NCBI GenBank assembly: GCA_020348445.1
Contig: CP070751.1
Span: 2,653,355 to 2,706,575 of the forward strand
Origin: Thermoplasmata archaeon
GTDB taxonomy: Archaea > Thermoplasmatota > Thermoplasmata > GCA-020350865
Reading direction: 5' to 3'
DNA: 53,221 nt
Shown: piece after piece, positions 37,840 through 48,052 of the stretch
Layout: the number at the start of each line of letters is the position of its first letter
Numbering within the stretch: position 1 is the first letter of the stretch
Notes under the pieces: model-generated
Databases searched by the model: none
What the model was told of the DNA's origin: nothing
Seen by the model: the letters and a program-made list of their open reading frames with translations, nothing else
Position numbers and translations under genes: made by a program

Positions 37840-38874
37840 TTGAAAGGGATAACCAGGCTATTTGCGATTATAGTGTCTTTTGTCTTTCTAATCGAGGTAT
37901 TGGCCTTCACAGCCGCAGGTGATGCAGAAATGCCCGAGTGGAAAGAGGGTGATCAATGGAAGTACCAAATGACAGCATTTGGTATGAGCGTTCCCGTAAC
38001 ATACGAGGTTTCAGAAATAACCTTTATTGATGTGAACGACAAGAACTATGAGGTGTACGATCTGAAGTTTTCGATAATGGGAAGTGAACAGCATCATTAT
38101 TATCATACAAGTAGCATGGGCTTGGTGAAGACAAAGATCCCTACATATATAGGTAGTGAAGAAAAATTGCTTGAATATGTTTATGATCCACCCAAAAAAG
38201 AATATGATTTTCCATTAACCGAAGGTAAAAAATGGACTTCCTCTCATACCTCTTCTACATATGACGATGATTATGGCTGGATGAATTCGACAGAGGATAT
38301 AGATTATGAAGTAGTGGAAATTGAAACCATTACTGTAGAGGCAGGGACTTTTGAATGCTACAGGATCGATTCAGAGGACGATTATGGCTACACCAATACC
38401 AGTGTGTGGTATTCACCAAAGGTAAAAAATATGGTTAAAAGCTCTGTTGAGGCATTTGGGATTGAAACTGAGATGGAGCTTACATCCTACTCAATTGCTG
38501 GTGGCAATGGCGATGGCAATGGTGATGGGTCTGACCTTCTTTCAAATCCTTTAATGCTGCTGCTTATAATTATCCCAATTATCATTGTGGTGTTGGTTGT
38601 GGTCCTTGTTATGAAAGGAAAGAGTAAGAGAGCAGGAGAAAGAGCAGCGTATCCACCAGGGGCGCCGCCCTCTGTTCCCCCCACTCAACCTGCACCATCG
38701 CAACCCCCCGCAACTGCAGCTGCACCACCTCCTCAGCAGTATGGTGCCCCTCAGCCCATGGGACAAGCACAGGCTCCCCCTCAACAACACTTTTGCCCAA
38801 CGTGTAACAGGCCGTTATCTTTTGTAGCTCAGTACAATAGATGGTTCTGTGGTAATTGTAATAGATATTTGTGA
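37840..38874 (+). CDS. Single-pass surface protein with a Pro/Gln-rich cytoplasmic tail and C-terminal Zn-ribbon
   Basis: Signal peptide; W..GD.W.Y and ITVEAGTFECY beta-rich ectodomain; TM; PQ-rich linker; CPTC...WFCGNC. Confidence 0.8.
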   Translation: MKGITRLFAIIVSFVFLIEVLAFTAAGDAEMPEWKEGDQWKYQMTAFGMSVPVTYEVSEITFIDVNDKNYEVYDLKFSIMGSEQHHYYHTSSMGLVKTKIPTYIGSEEKLLEYVYDPPKKEYDFPLTEGKKWTSSHTSSTYDDDYGWMNSTEDIDYEVVEIETITVEAGTFECYRIDSEDDYGYTNTSVWYSPKVKNMVKSSVEAFGIETEMELTSYSIAGGNGDGNGDGSDLLSNPLMLLLIIIPIIIVVLVVVLVMKGKSKRAGERAAYPPGAPPSVPPTQPAPSQPPATAAAPPPQQYGAPQPMGQAQAPPQQHFCPTCNRPLSFVAQYNRWFCGNCNRYL

Positions 38875-39062
38875 TGTACTTATATGAAGACACTGTTATG
38901 CTGTACCTATGGTTTATTGAAAGAAACTGCTATAAAAAGTACCCATGATCTCCTCAACATAGTATATATTTCTGATAATTTTATCACAAACTATTAAGAA
39001 TAAGGACAACCATCAACGTCCAGTTAAGTCGTCTATGCAATCGATTTCGGAAGGGACCACAT

Positions 39063-42000
39063 ATGGGTAATAAACAAATTTCAGTGGTGATCATTGCCCT
39101 GATGGTGATTGCAGGATTTATAGGATTTATAGAATTTGGGAGCAAAAACACCCAGGGCACAGATGTCAGCGGGATACAATATGATGGCTCAGGAGGGCCT
39201 TGGACAGAAGCAGGGAGCCCTTATATCGTGGTGGGTGATGTGACAGTTCCGCCATTTGAAACCTTAACAATCGAGCCTGGGGTAGTTGTTAAATTCGATG
39301 GTTATTACAAAATAAACGTAGATGGTACTCTTCACGCTGTGGGCACCGATTTAAAAAGAATTAAAATAACATCAAATAAGGCAACACCAGCACGTGGTGA
39401 TTGGCATAGCCTAGAAATACATCCGGTTGGACATGTTGAAATCAAATATTGTCATATTAGCTATGGTTTCTATGGCATATATCTTTACTCATCATACAAC
39501 AACATAACAGATAACAATGTTTCGAACAATCATTATGGTATCTATTTTTGGGAATCCTCAAACAACAATATATCAAACAACATTGTTACGACCAATGGGA
39601 ATGGAATTTGGCTCGTTACATCAAATCATAATCTCATAGCAGGCAACAATGTGTCATTAAATAATGCCGGTGAAGGGATAGTTCTGTCTGATTCCTCAAA
39701 TAACACCATAATTGACAATGATATTACAAATAATCGTGAGGGAATTATCTTTGATCCTTCGGCAAACGACAACATAATAAGAGGTAACAATGTTACGAAT
39801 AATGTCCTAGATGGTATCTGGCTTAAATCATCAACAAATAATTCCATCATAAACAATGATTTTTTATCAAATACTCGAGATGGTATTCATCTGGAATTGT
39901 CATCAAAAAACACCATAACTGGCAACAACATATCGGATAATGAGGATGGTATCTATTTTGATTCATCATCAAACAATACAATTTTCATGAACAATATCTC
40001 TTCTAACGATAATGATGGCATTAAAATAGAATCATCTTCATCAAATAATAAGATGTCAGGTAACAATATAATTGATAATGTGGAGGGTATATCCATTTCC
40101 ACAAAAACGGCCTTTATTCCGGGAAACAATACCATAAAGGGGAACAATATTTCAGGGAGTAAAGCATTTGGTCTATTTCTTGGTCCTGCTGATAATAATA
40201 TAATTTCAAACAACAATATTACGAATAATTCTGATGGCATCTGGATTCAGTTATCATGGAACAATACCATAACTGGAAACTATATCAAGTCGAACACTGA
40301 AAAAGGTATTCATATTTCTTCATCTCAGAATAATACCATTATCAGTAACAATGTTACATTGAATAAAAATAGAGGGATCAATATTGCCTCTTCATCGAAT
40401 AACACCATCAACAACAACAGTGTTATATCAAATATTGAGACCGGTATCTATCTCTCCTCTTCATCTTTTAACAATTTAACCAACAACACCGTATTTGATA
40501 ATGGTGGGGGTATTAGGCTTTCCTCATCATCAACCAACAATATAAGTAATAATCTTATTGTATCAAATAACTGGGATGGATTTCAACTCGAGTTAGCATC
40601 AAATAATAATAGCATAATAAAGAACAATATCTCATCGAACGACGGGGCTGGCATCCATATTAGAGAAGGGTCGAGATACAATAAGATTACAGGTAATACC
40701 ATCTTATCAAATTCATGGAACGGCATTTACTTATGGAGAACTTCCAATCTCACCATCAATGGGAACGACATTTTGAATAATAGTGATGGTATCTATTTAT
40801 ACTCATCACCTTACAACATAATAACAGGTAACAATGTTTCATCAAGTAAATACAACGGTATCCTCCTTGATCAATCGTCAAATAATAACATTACGAACAA
40901 CAATGTATCGAACAACGATAATGGCATCAGTCTTGTTGACTCATCATCAAACAACAATCTAACTGGCAACAATATATCTTTAAACAAGGGCATCGGCATA
41001 TATTTATCCTCATCTATGAACAATTCTATTATAAATAATACCTTTAGATATGATGGTGTTTTTATTTCAGGTTCTGAGCTTTCCCACTTTAATACACATA
41101 CAATACCTAATAATAATATGGTGAATGGAAAACCACTTCGTTACTACAAGGATCTCAACGGTTTGGATATTGATGGGAACGTAATTGAAGTTGGAGAACT
41201 CATTCTTGCCAACTGCACTAAAATCAATGTTACTAACCTGCATATAAACAAAACAGATGTGGGGATAGAAGTCGCGTTCACAAGAAATTCCATCATAAAT
41301 AATACCGATATATCATCTAACGATGTTGCGGGCATCTGTATTTGGTATTCATATAATAATACCATAACTAACAACAATATATCAAATATATTGTATCAAG
41401 GCAACTCGGTTTCGATGATAGTGATCAACGGTATACTACTCTATTCATCAACGAACAACACCATTTCCAGCAACAATGTATCAAACATTAGTGCTATAGG
41501 TATACATCTTTTTACATCGTCAAATAACACCATATTAAATAATACATTATCAAACAATTCTTTCTATGGGATTTTTCTTTATACTTCATCATTAAATAAC
41601 ACTATCATGGATAATAATTTATCAAATAATAGTTATGCGGGCATTTTAATTTTCACGTACTCTTCAAACAATACAGTAATAGATAACAATGTTTCACATA
41701 CTTATTACGGCATAGCTATTATTTTATCTTCAGACAATACCATAGTTAGTAACAATATTTATGACAACGTTTTCGCCTTGAATATTTCTTCATCCTATAA
41801 TAATATCCTTACAAACAATAATATATCATTAAGCAGTCAGAACGGTTTAATTCTCTATTATTCATGGAACAATACTTTAGTGTACAACAATATATCATTT
41901 AACAATGAATATGGCATATTGCTTGTTAATTCATCAAATAACACTTTGACTAGCAATGACCTTTCAAGCCATGATTATGGTATTATTCTCACCTCATCAT

Positions 42001-42905
42001 CGATCAATACTATAAGATGTAACAATGTCTCGAACAATGGTATGGGCATTGTTCTCGATTTGTCTCAAAACAATACAATAGTATGCAACAATGTATCGGG
42101 TAATTTATATGGAATCAATCTTACATCTTCATCAGGAAATTGGATTTACCACAACAACTTCGTAAGTAATACCGAACAAGCCTATGATGAAAGAAACGAT
42201 AATCACTGGGATTTTGGCTACCCTAGTGGTGGTAACTACTGGTCAAATTATATGGACGCTGACGATTTCAAAGGGCCTTTTCAGGATATCCCAGGAAGTG
42301 ATGGGATATGGGACCATAACTATTCGATAGATATGGATTCAATTGATAGATACCCATTAACTGAGCTCTATGTTTGTGAACCTCCTGAAAATTATATTAT
42401 ATTGAAGCAAGGCTGGAATCTGATCTCTATCCCATTGATCCAAATTGAGCAGAATCTTACTAAGGTTTTAGGCTCTATCGACGGGTGGTACGATATAGTC
42501 CAGTGGTATAATTCAACGGATATAAAAGATCCTTGGAAACATTACAAAGTAGGCAAGCCCTTCGGAAATGACCTATTCAAACTAAATGAATCCATGGGTT
42601 TCTGGATCTATATTACCCAACCGGGGGACACGATTTTCTTATACAATGGCACCAAACCATCCCAAAACCTTACTATTCCCCTCCACCCAGGCTGGAACAT
42701 GGTAGGTTACCCCTCCCTCAAAAGCCACAACAGGACAGTAGGATTGAACAACCTTAATTTCACTGAGCATGTTGATGCAATTTGGACATACAACTCCATA
42801 GCACAAAAGTGGGAGGGATTAGGTGAGTCTGACCATTTCCAGTTCGGTAGAGGATATTACATTCATGCCCTCACTCATATAAATTGGGAAGTTCCACTTA
42901 AATGA
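39063..42905 (+). CDS. Secreted right-handed beta-helix (NosD/CASH-like) protein, 1280 aa
   Basis: Dozens of GIxLxxSSNNxIxxNxIxxN repeats; GGNYWS cap; C-terminal GWNL module. Confidence 0.85.
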   Translation: MGNKQISVVIIALMVIAGFIGFIEFGSKNTQGTDVSGIQYDGSGGPWTEAGSPYIVVGDVTVPPFETLTIEPGVVVKFDGYYKINVDGTLHAVGTDLKRIKITSNKATPARGDWHSLEIHPVGHVEIKYCHISYGFYGIYLYSSYNNITDNNVSNNHYGIYFWESSNNNISNNIVTTNGNGIWLVTSNHNLIAGNNVSLNNAGEGIVLSDSSNNTIIDNDITNNREGIIFDPSANDNIIRGNNVTNNVLDGIWLKSSTNNSIINNDFLSNTRDGIHLELSSKNTITGNNISDNEDGIYFDSSSNNTIFMNNISSNDNDGIKIESSSSNNKMSGNNIIDNVEGISISTKTAFIPGNNTIKGNNISGSKAFGLFLGPADNNIISNNNITNNSDGIWIQLSWNNTITGNYIKSNTEKGIHISSSQNNTIISNNVTLNKNRGINIASSSNNTINNNSVISNIETGIYLSSSSFNNLTNNTVFDNGGGIRLSSSSTNNISNNLIVSNNWDGFQLELASNNNSIIKNNISSNDGAGIHIREGSRYNKITGNTILSNSWNGIYLWRTSNLTINGNDILNNSDGIYLYSSPYNIITGNNVSSSKYNGILLDQSSNNNITNNNVSNNDNGISLVDSSSNNNLTGNNISLNKGIGIYLSSSMNNSIINNTFRYDGVFISGSELSHFNTHTIPNNNMVNGKPLRYYKDLNGLDIDGNVIEVGELILANCTKINVTNLHINKTDVGIEVAFTRNSIINNTDISSNDVAGICIWYSYNNTITNNNISNILYQGNSVSMIVINGILLYSSTNNTISSNNVSNISAIGIHLFTSSNNTILNNTLSNNSFYGIFLYTSSLNNTIMDNNLSNNSYAGILIFTYSSNNTVIDNNVSHTYYGIAIILSSDNTIVSNNIYDNVFALNISSSYNNILTNNNISLSSQNGLILYYSWNNTLVYNNISFNNEYGILLVNSSNNTLTSNDLSSHDYGIILTSSSINTIRCNNVSNNGMGIVLDLSQNNTIVCNNVSGNLYGINLTSSSGNWIYHNNFVSNTEQAYDERNDNHWDFGYPSGGNYWSNYMDADDFKGPFQDIPGSDGIWDHNYSIDMDSIDRYPLTELYVCEPPENYIILKQGWNLISIPLIQIEQNLTKVLGSIDGWYDIVQWYNSTDIKDPWKHYKVGKPFGNDLFKLNESMGFWIYITQPGDTIFLYNGTKPSQNLTIPLHPGWNMVGYPSLKSHNRTVGLNNLNFTEHVDAIWTYNSIAQKWEGLGESDHFQFGRGYYIHALTHINWEVPLK

Positions 42906-43351
42906 TTGAGAACAAAACTCGGTTCTGTTCTTAATTTATTATCAATGTAGATATCTTACACTGTGTCTTTATTTCGCTACATATATACTCATCCCAAAAA
43001 TATATATGGTATATCCCAATCCACGGAGCTAACACAACTTTGAACTTAAAATATTATTTCAACCAATTCACATGACCATTAGAATTTTAGTTTTTCATTG
43101 GTCACCATTGAACCACCATACCCATCACCTTTTAAATGAATAGAACTTATTACCGAAAGATTTAACTATTATTATATCACTACACTTTTACGACGAAGGA
43201 AGGCCTGAATAAGGTTCAGAATAAAATACAATAAATCATGCGATGAGGAAGAATTGGAGTTCCAACTTTTTATCGAACTCCTTTCAGTGCTATGAACTGG
43301 AATTATACTACTTTCAGGAGGATTTCTTTCGTTATAAAAGGTGATGATAGT

Positions 43352-46291
43352 ATGAAAATTAAAGAGGAAGGTAAAGATAAAATATTTGTGTCCACGCTTG
43401 TGATCGTTGGTATGTTAATAATATGTACAATATCTTTTAGCGTATCAGGAGCTGGGGATTTACCCTACTATGATATCGAACAGGATTCTTTGGGTAACTA
43501 CCATAAGGCTTTCATAGATAATTCCGTAGGCAACTATGAACTCTATTACACCAATGACATTGGAGGCAGTTTTCCGCAGGACTGGAATCCACCTACGAGA
43601 ATCACATACTCTACTAATGAATCATATTTGGTCGATCTTGGGATTTACACTCCTACGGATACGATGTTCATGATATGGTTAGAATCGCCTGAGATAATAA
43701 ATACATCAAATCCACTTCCCACAAGTCCAATTTATTATTCTTTAAGTAGAGATTATGGGACAACATGGACTGCACCTAATCGTAGTTGGGAAAATATAAT
43801 GTTGAAATTCGCTGAATTTGATCCTCTTTTTGAAGAGCCAGAAGTCCCTGATTTACCTGACAATTGGGCGTCACCGTATGCATATTATATTGTCCAATTA
43901 AAAACTCCTACTATCCAAGAATGGGTAGATGGAATAGAGAACGCTGGTGGAGTTTTTTGCGGTTATATTGGACAAAATGCATACATAACATGGATGACCC
44001 CTCAAGTGAAGGAACAAATAGAACAATTGCCTTATATTAGATGGATAGACTACTACCATCCCTTATATAGGATACAACCTGGTTTATTAGATAAAACGGG
44101 TGTGGTCGAGTTGAATGTGATGGTTATCGAGGAGACAGGTGGCTTAGGGAATATTGATAAGGTAATTTTGGAAATCGAGACTTTGGGCGGAATTATTATT
44201 TATAATGGTTATGATAATTTTATAATTCACGTACAAATTGATGCTTCCAAAATATATGATATCGCAATGATCCCTGATGTAGAATGGATAGATGAATGGA
44301 AGCCACCTGTAATATACATGAATAACGTGAGAGATTATACAGGTGTAGACACACTATATAATAACATACCTCAATTCAGAGGAGAAGATATAGTTGGCGA
44401 GGTAAAGGATGATGGTGTTGACCAAACCCACCCTGATTATACAGTTGAAGGAACTGAAGGTACCGTTACAGATGAAGCTCATGGCACATGTTCATTTGGA
44501 ACTATATTTTCAACAGGTTTAGGGGATGAAGATGCTAGGGGAATGTTGCCACAGGCTAAAGGTTATTTCTGTAATTACCTCGAACCTCGTCAAACATCGA
44601 TTGAAAATTTAGTTACTAATTGGGGTGGTATGTTTCAAAGTAATAGTTGGGGTAGTGGTTTTTTAGATGGAGACTATTCAGTCATTTCTTATCAGAATGA
44701 TCAAGCCGTATATGATAACAGAATTACTATGGTTTATGCCGTTGGAAATAGCAAAAACGGAGTGGGAGCTAGTACAATAGATCAGGATTCTGCAGCAAAA
44801 AATGTAATTAGCGTCGGTGGAATTGATCATAATGATGATGCAATATGGGATAGCAATGATCGATGGGTAGATCGAGGTGCAGAATTCACACCGAGTCAAG
44901 GCCCAGCTGCTGATGGAAGATTTAAACCAGATCTCTGTGGTCCGGCTGACCATGGTTATGTTACTGATAGTGTTGATGATGATGGACAGAATGGATATAG
45001 AACAGGAAATTATGTAACTAAAGATATAACAGACCGACGATTTGGCAGGACAAGTTTAGCAACCGCAGTTGTTGGAGGTGCTTCAGGTTTAGTTTATGAG
45101 ATGTACAGAGCAAATCATTTTGGCAACAACCCTGGGGGTGGTAATCCTCAGGCCTCAACAGTTAAAGCTTTACTTATCGCGAATGCACATCAAATTGACG
45201 TCGGCGATCCAGGTTTGAATGCGGCTGATGGGGATGGTAGATACCAACAAGGCTGGGGTTCGGTTGATATTGGTAGGGTATATGAAGTAGGTCGTAATCA
45301 TTTTATTGTTAATGAGGATCACCCAAATGATATGATGCAGGTTGCAATTTATGATATTTATGTTCAAAGCGATGAACCATTAAAAATCTCACTGGTTTGG
45401 ACGGACGCTCCTGGTGCACCAAGCAGTGATACTGCCCTTGTTAACGATCTCTTGCTAGTTGTACGTCCACCTAGTTTCATAAGTGGTCAAGATGAAATGT
45501 ATTATTACGGTAATAACGGTCTCGAGAATTCCCTTTGGTCAATTAGCTGTAGTGACAGTTACCCTTTTGAATTTTATGATAAACAAGATGCAATAAATAA
45601 TGTAGAAAACGTTTTTATCGAAATACCTGAAGAAGGTCATTGGAAGATTGAGGTCCTAACAAGAGCAATACAAGGAGATGGTCATCCGGCCACTCCTAGG
45701 TGGGATCAATCTTTTGCACTTGTTGCGTCATATAAACCCGCTATTCCAGTCCAACTTTACCAAGGTACTAATCTTATTTCATTACCCTTGGAACAAGAAA
45801 ACCCAAATATAGAAACGGTATTAAGTGATGTCTTGCCTTATGTTTCTAGAGTCGACTATTATGACGCCTCGGATCCCAGTGATCCTTGGAAAATGTGGCC
45901 AGGAGAATTGCAACAACTTCACCACTATATGGGATTTTATATAGAAATTGATGGTATCTCAGAGATAACCTTGATTGTTCGAGGTAACCCCTTTACAGAA
46001 AATGAGATTTTTAGAAGTTTGGGTCATGTTCCTGTTCCGCTGTCTAGGAATACAGGTACTGGATGGAATATGGTAGGGTATCCTTCCAATAGAGAGGGTG
46101 TGATGCGTTGGGAGGCTTTGACCAACTTAGTTTGGGATACACATATCGATCAAGTAATGCTTTATGATACGAGTCTAGGTAAGGATCGCAAAATGAGGGC
46201 CAATGAAGAATTTGAGTTAGGACGTGGATACTTCTTTCACATACCTGAACTTCCTCCATCTCATGAATGGGAGGTGGAAATAGACATCTGA
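43352..46291 (+). CDS. Secreted S8 (subtilisin-like) serine peptidase
   Basis: Catalytic Asp (VKDDGVD), His (HGT) and Ser (GRTSLA), oxyanion AVGNS; propeptide YIVQLK; KISLVWTD jelly-roll; GWN-type tail. SD AAGGTGA before ATG 43352 (ORF open from 43292). Confidence 0.85.
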   Translation: MKIKEEGKDKIFVSTLVIVGMLIICTISFSVSGAGDLPYYDIEQDSLGNYHKAFIDNSVGNYELYYTNDIGGSFPQDWNPPTRITYSTNESYLVDLGIYTPTDTMFMIWLESPEIINTSNPLPTSPIYYSLSRDYGTTWTAPNRSWENIMLKFAEFDPLFEEPEVPDLPDNWASPYAYYIVQLKTPTIQEWVDGIENAGGVFCGYIGQNAYITWMTPQVKEQIEQLPYIRWIDYYHPLYRIQPGLLDKTGVVELNVMVIEETGGLGNIDKVILEIETLGGIIIYNGYDNFIIHVQIDASKIYDIAMIPDVEWIDEWKPPVIYMNNVRDYTGVDTLYNNIPQFRGEDIVGEVKDDGVDQTHPDYTVEGTEGTVTDEAHGTCSFGTIFSTGLGDEDARGMLPQAKGYFCNYLEPRQTSIENLVTNWGGMFQSNSWGSGFLDGDYSVISYQNDQAVYDNRITMVYAVGNSKNGVGASTIDQDSAAKNVISVGGIDHNDDAIWDSNDRWVDRGAEFTPSQGPAADGRFKPDLCGPADHGYVTDSVDDDGQNGYRTGNYVTKDITDRRFGRTSLATAVVGGASGLVYEMYRANHFGNNPGGGNPQASTVKALLIANAHQIDVGDPGLNAADGDGRYQQGWGSVDIGRVYEVGRNHFIVNEDHPNDMMQVAIYDIYVQSDEPLKISLVWTDAPGAPSSDTALVNDLLLVVRPPSFISGQDEMYYYGNNGLENSLWSISCSDSYPFEFYDKQDAINNVENVFIEIPEEGHWKIEVLTRAIQGDGHPATPRWDQSFALVASYKPAIPVQLYQGTNLISLPLEQENPNIETVLSDVLPYVSRVDYYDASDPSDPWKMWPGELQQLHHYMGFYIEIDGISEITLIVRGNPFTENEIFRSLGHVPVPLSRNTGTGWNMVGYPSNREGVMRWEALTNLVWDTHIDQVMLYDTSLGKDRKMRANEEFELGRGYFFHIPELPPSHEWEVEIDI

Positions 46292-46357
46292 GCATTTTCC
46301 AGTATATATACTGGCTTAAAACTAAGCCGAAAAATAGCGATAGCCTCAAAATAATTA

Positions 46358-47890
46358 TTATGAATGTAAAATTATTCGAACAATGTCGTTTCCTTTAAAT
46401 GATTCGTTTGTTACCATTTCTCCTGTGATTGTTAGGGTTTTTGAATTCATTGGTATACCAATGTGGTCCTCTACATCAGCTCGATCAAATTTAACCATTA
46501 ATTCTATTATACCATCACTATCATAATCCCCTATTTCAGTTGGGTGATTTTCTACAGGGATAGTATTTTCTAGTAAGATTGTGGAAATATCGATGTCAAA
46601 TACAGTATAGTTATAAGGCAATTCAATATACGCGGTAATCCATCTACCTTTACTTTTTAAGTTTAATGTATCTGGTTTTATATCCACTATAGCTGATATC
46701 AATGATGATGGTAGTAACATGCTTTTGTAGTATATTTCCCTATTACCATCCCTGCGATCTGACCAGACAATATGAACAGTGTTTTCATTAATTACGATAT
46801 CCGGAGAATCGGAAGTTTCAGGTGCAATGGTTAGTCTCGTGTCATCACCCCATGTATTACCCCTATCATAGCTGCTTTTAAAGAATAGTTCCCAACTACC
46901 CCCCGGAGCCCGATCATCCTCCCATACTGCACATACATTGTTATTTTCTGCTGCAATTGCCGGAACTACGACGGCTTGTGTTGAGTTCGATAGTTTGATA
47001 CCCTTCTCCCAAGTAACTCCATTATCGGCGCTGTGACTGTAGTATATTTGTCTTCTTCCCGGACCGTAATCGCGATATACTATAAAAATATCATTCTTAG
47101 CAACTGCAATATCTGGAAAGGAACAGGAGGTATTAACTCCTGGTATAAAACTGATCTCTACCTCGCCGTCCCAATTTATCCCGCTTTCTATACTTCTTAT
47201 ATAAAGGATATCACCCACACGCTTACCCATTCTTTCTCTAGTAGCTCTAAATGCAATGTGTATATTATTTCCACTTACTTCAATTGCTGATTCAATTACC
47301 CTATCAATAGAGGGAACAAGCACTTTGGGTATACTCCAAGTTACGCCATTATCATTGCTTTGGATATATGAGAGTTTATAATTCTCATTAACAAAAACGA
47401 TGTGCAGATTATTTTCATATACACCAATATCCCAGTTGATTTGATCGGGGTATACATCCGAGGTCAGCGCAACCTCTGTGCTCCAGACTTTACCATTGTC
47501 TAAGCTACGAATATAATATATTGTTTTACTATTATATTCAAGCCAAATTACATGAATATTACTACCATTCACTGCTATTTTTGGAGATAAAATACTTATT
47601 GAAGGACTATTCACCAGACATATTGGTAAGTTCCAAGTATTACCACTGTCGCTACTGTTGATATACCATAAAAACATGTCTAAATATTTGCCGCCTTCAT
47701 TGTCGGCATATACTACATGGATTTCGTTTCCTTCTACTGCGATAGCCGGAGTTTGGGAACGAGCAGCATTTAATGTCAATCTAATATCCTCGCTCCAACC
47801 TTGAGGTTGGGCATTAACCACCGATGTCATCTGTATAGTGTTAACTAACAAAATTATAATTATTATCGCGAAACTGTAAATTCTCTTTAT
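46358..47890 (-). CDS. Secreted BNR/Asp-box (sialidase-like) beta-propeller protein; probable ATA start at 47890
   Basis: Six Asp-box-like motifs (SSDSGNTW, SLDNGKVW, SNDNGVTW, SIESGINW, SADNGVTW, SYDRGNTW); C-terminal NLKSKG module. The ORF track start at 47851 cuts the signal peptide. Confidence 0.8.
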   Translation of the reverse strand: MKRIYSFAIIIIILLVNTIQMTSVVNAQPQGWSEDIRLTLNAARSQTPAIAVEGNEIHVVYADNEGGKYLDMFLWYINSSDSGNTWNLPICLVNSPSISILSPKIAVNGSNIHVIWLEYNSKTIYYIRSLDNGKVWSTEVALTSDVYPDQINWDIGVYENNLHIVFVNENYKLSYIQSNDNGVTWSIPKVLVPSIDRVIESAIEVSGNNIHIAFRATRERMGKRVGDILYIRSIESGINWDGEVEISFIPGVNTSCSFPDIAVAKNDIFIVYRDYGPGRRQIYYSHSADNGVTWEKGIKLSNSTQAVVVPAIAAENNNVCAVWEDDRAPGGSWELFFKSSYDRGNTWGDDTRLTIAPETSDSPDIVINENTVHIVWSDRRDGNREIYYKSMLLPSSLISAIVDIKPDTLNLKSKGRWITAYIELPYNYTVFDIDISTILLENTIPVENHPTEIGDYDSDGIIELMVKFDRADVEDHIGIPMNSKTLTITGEMVTNESFKGNDIVRIILHS

Positions 47891-48052
47891 GTCTCACCCT
47901 CCTGGATTACAAATATTGTTCTATAAAATATATATATTTATGGGTTGGTGTAATAAAAACTCGAAAATGCGGACTGTATATTAGCGATATTGATATGATA
48001 CAAGATTTTTGATTGACCAATAAAGTTATAATATTCAAATTCTATTAAAAAT

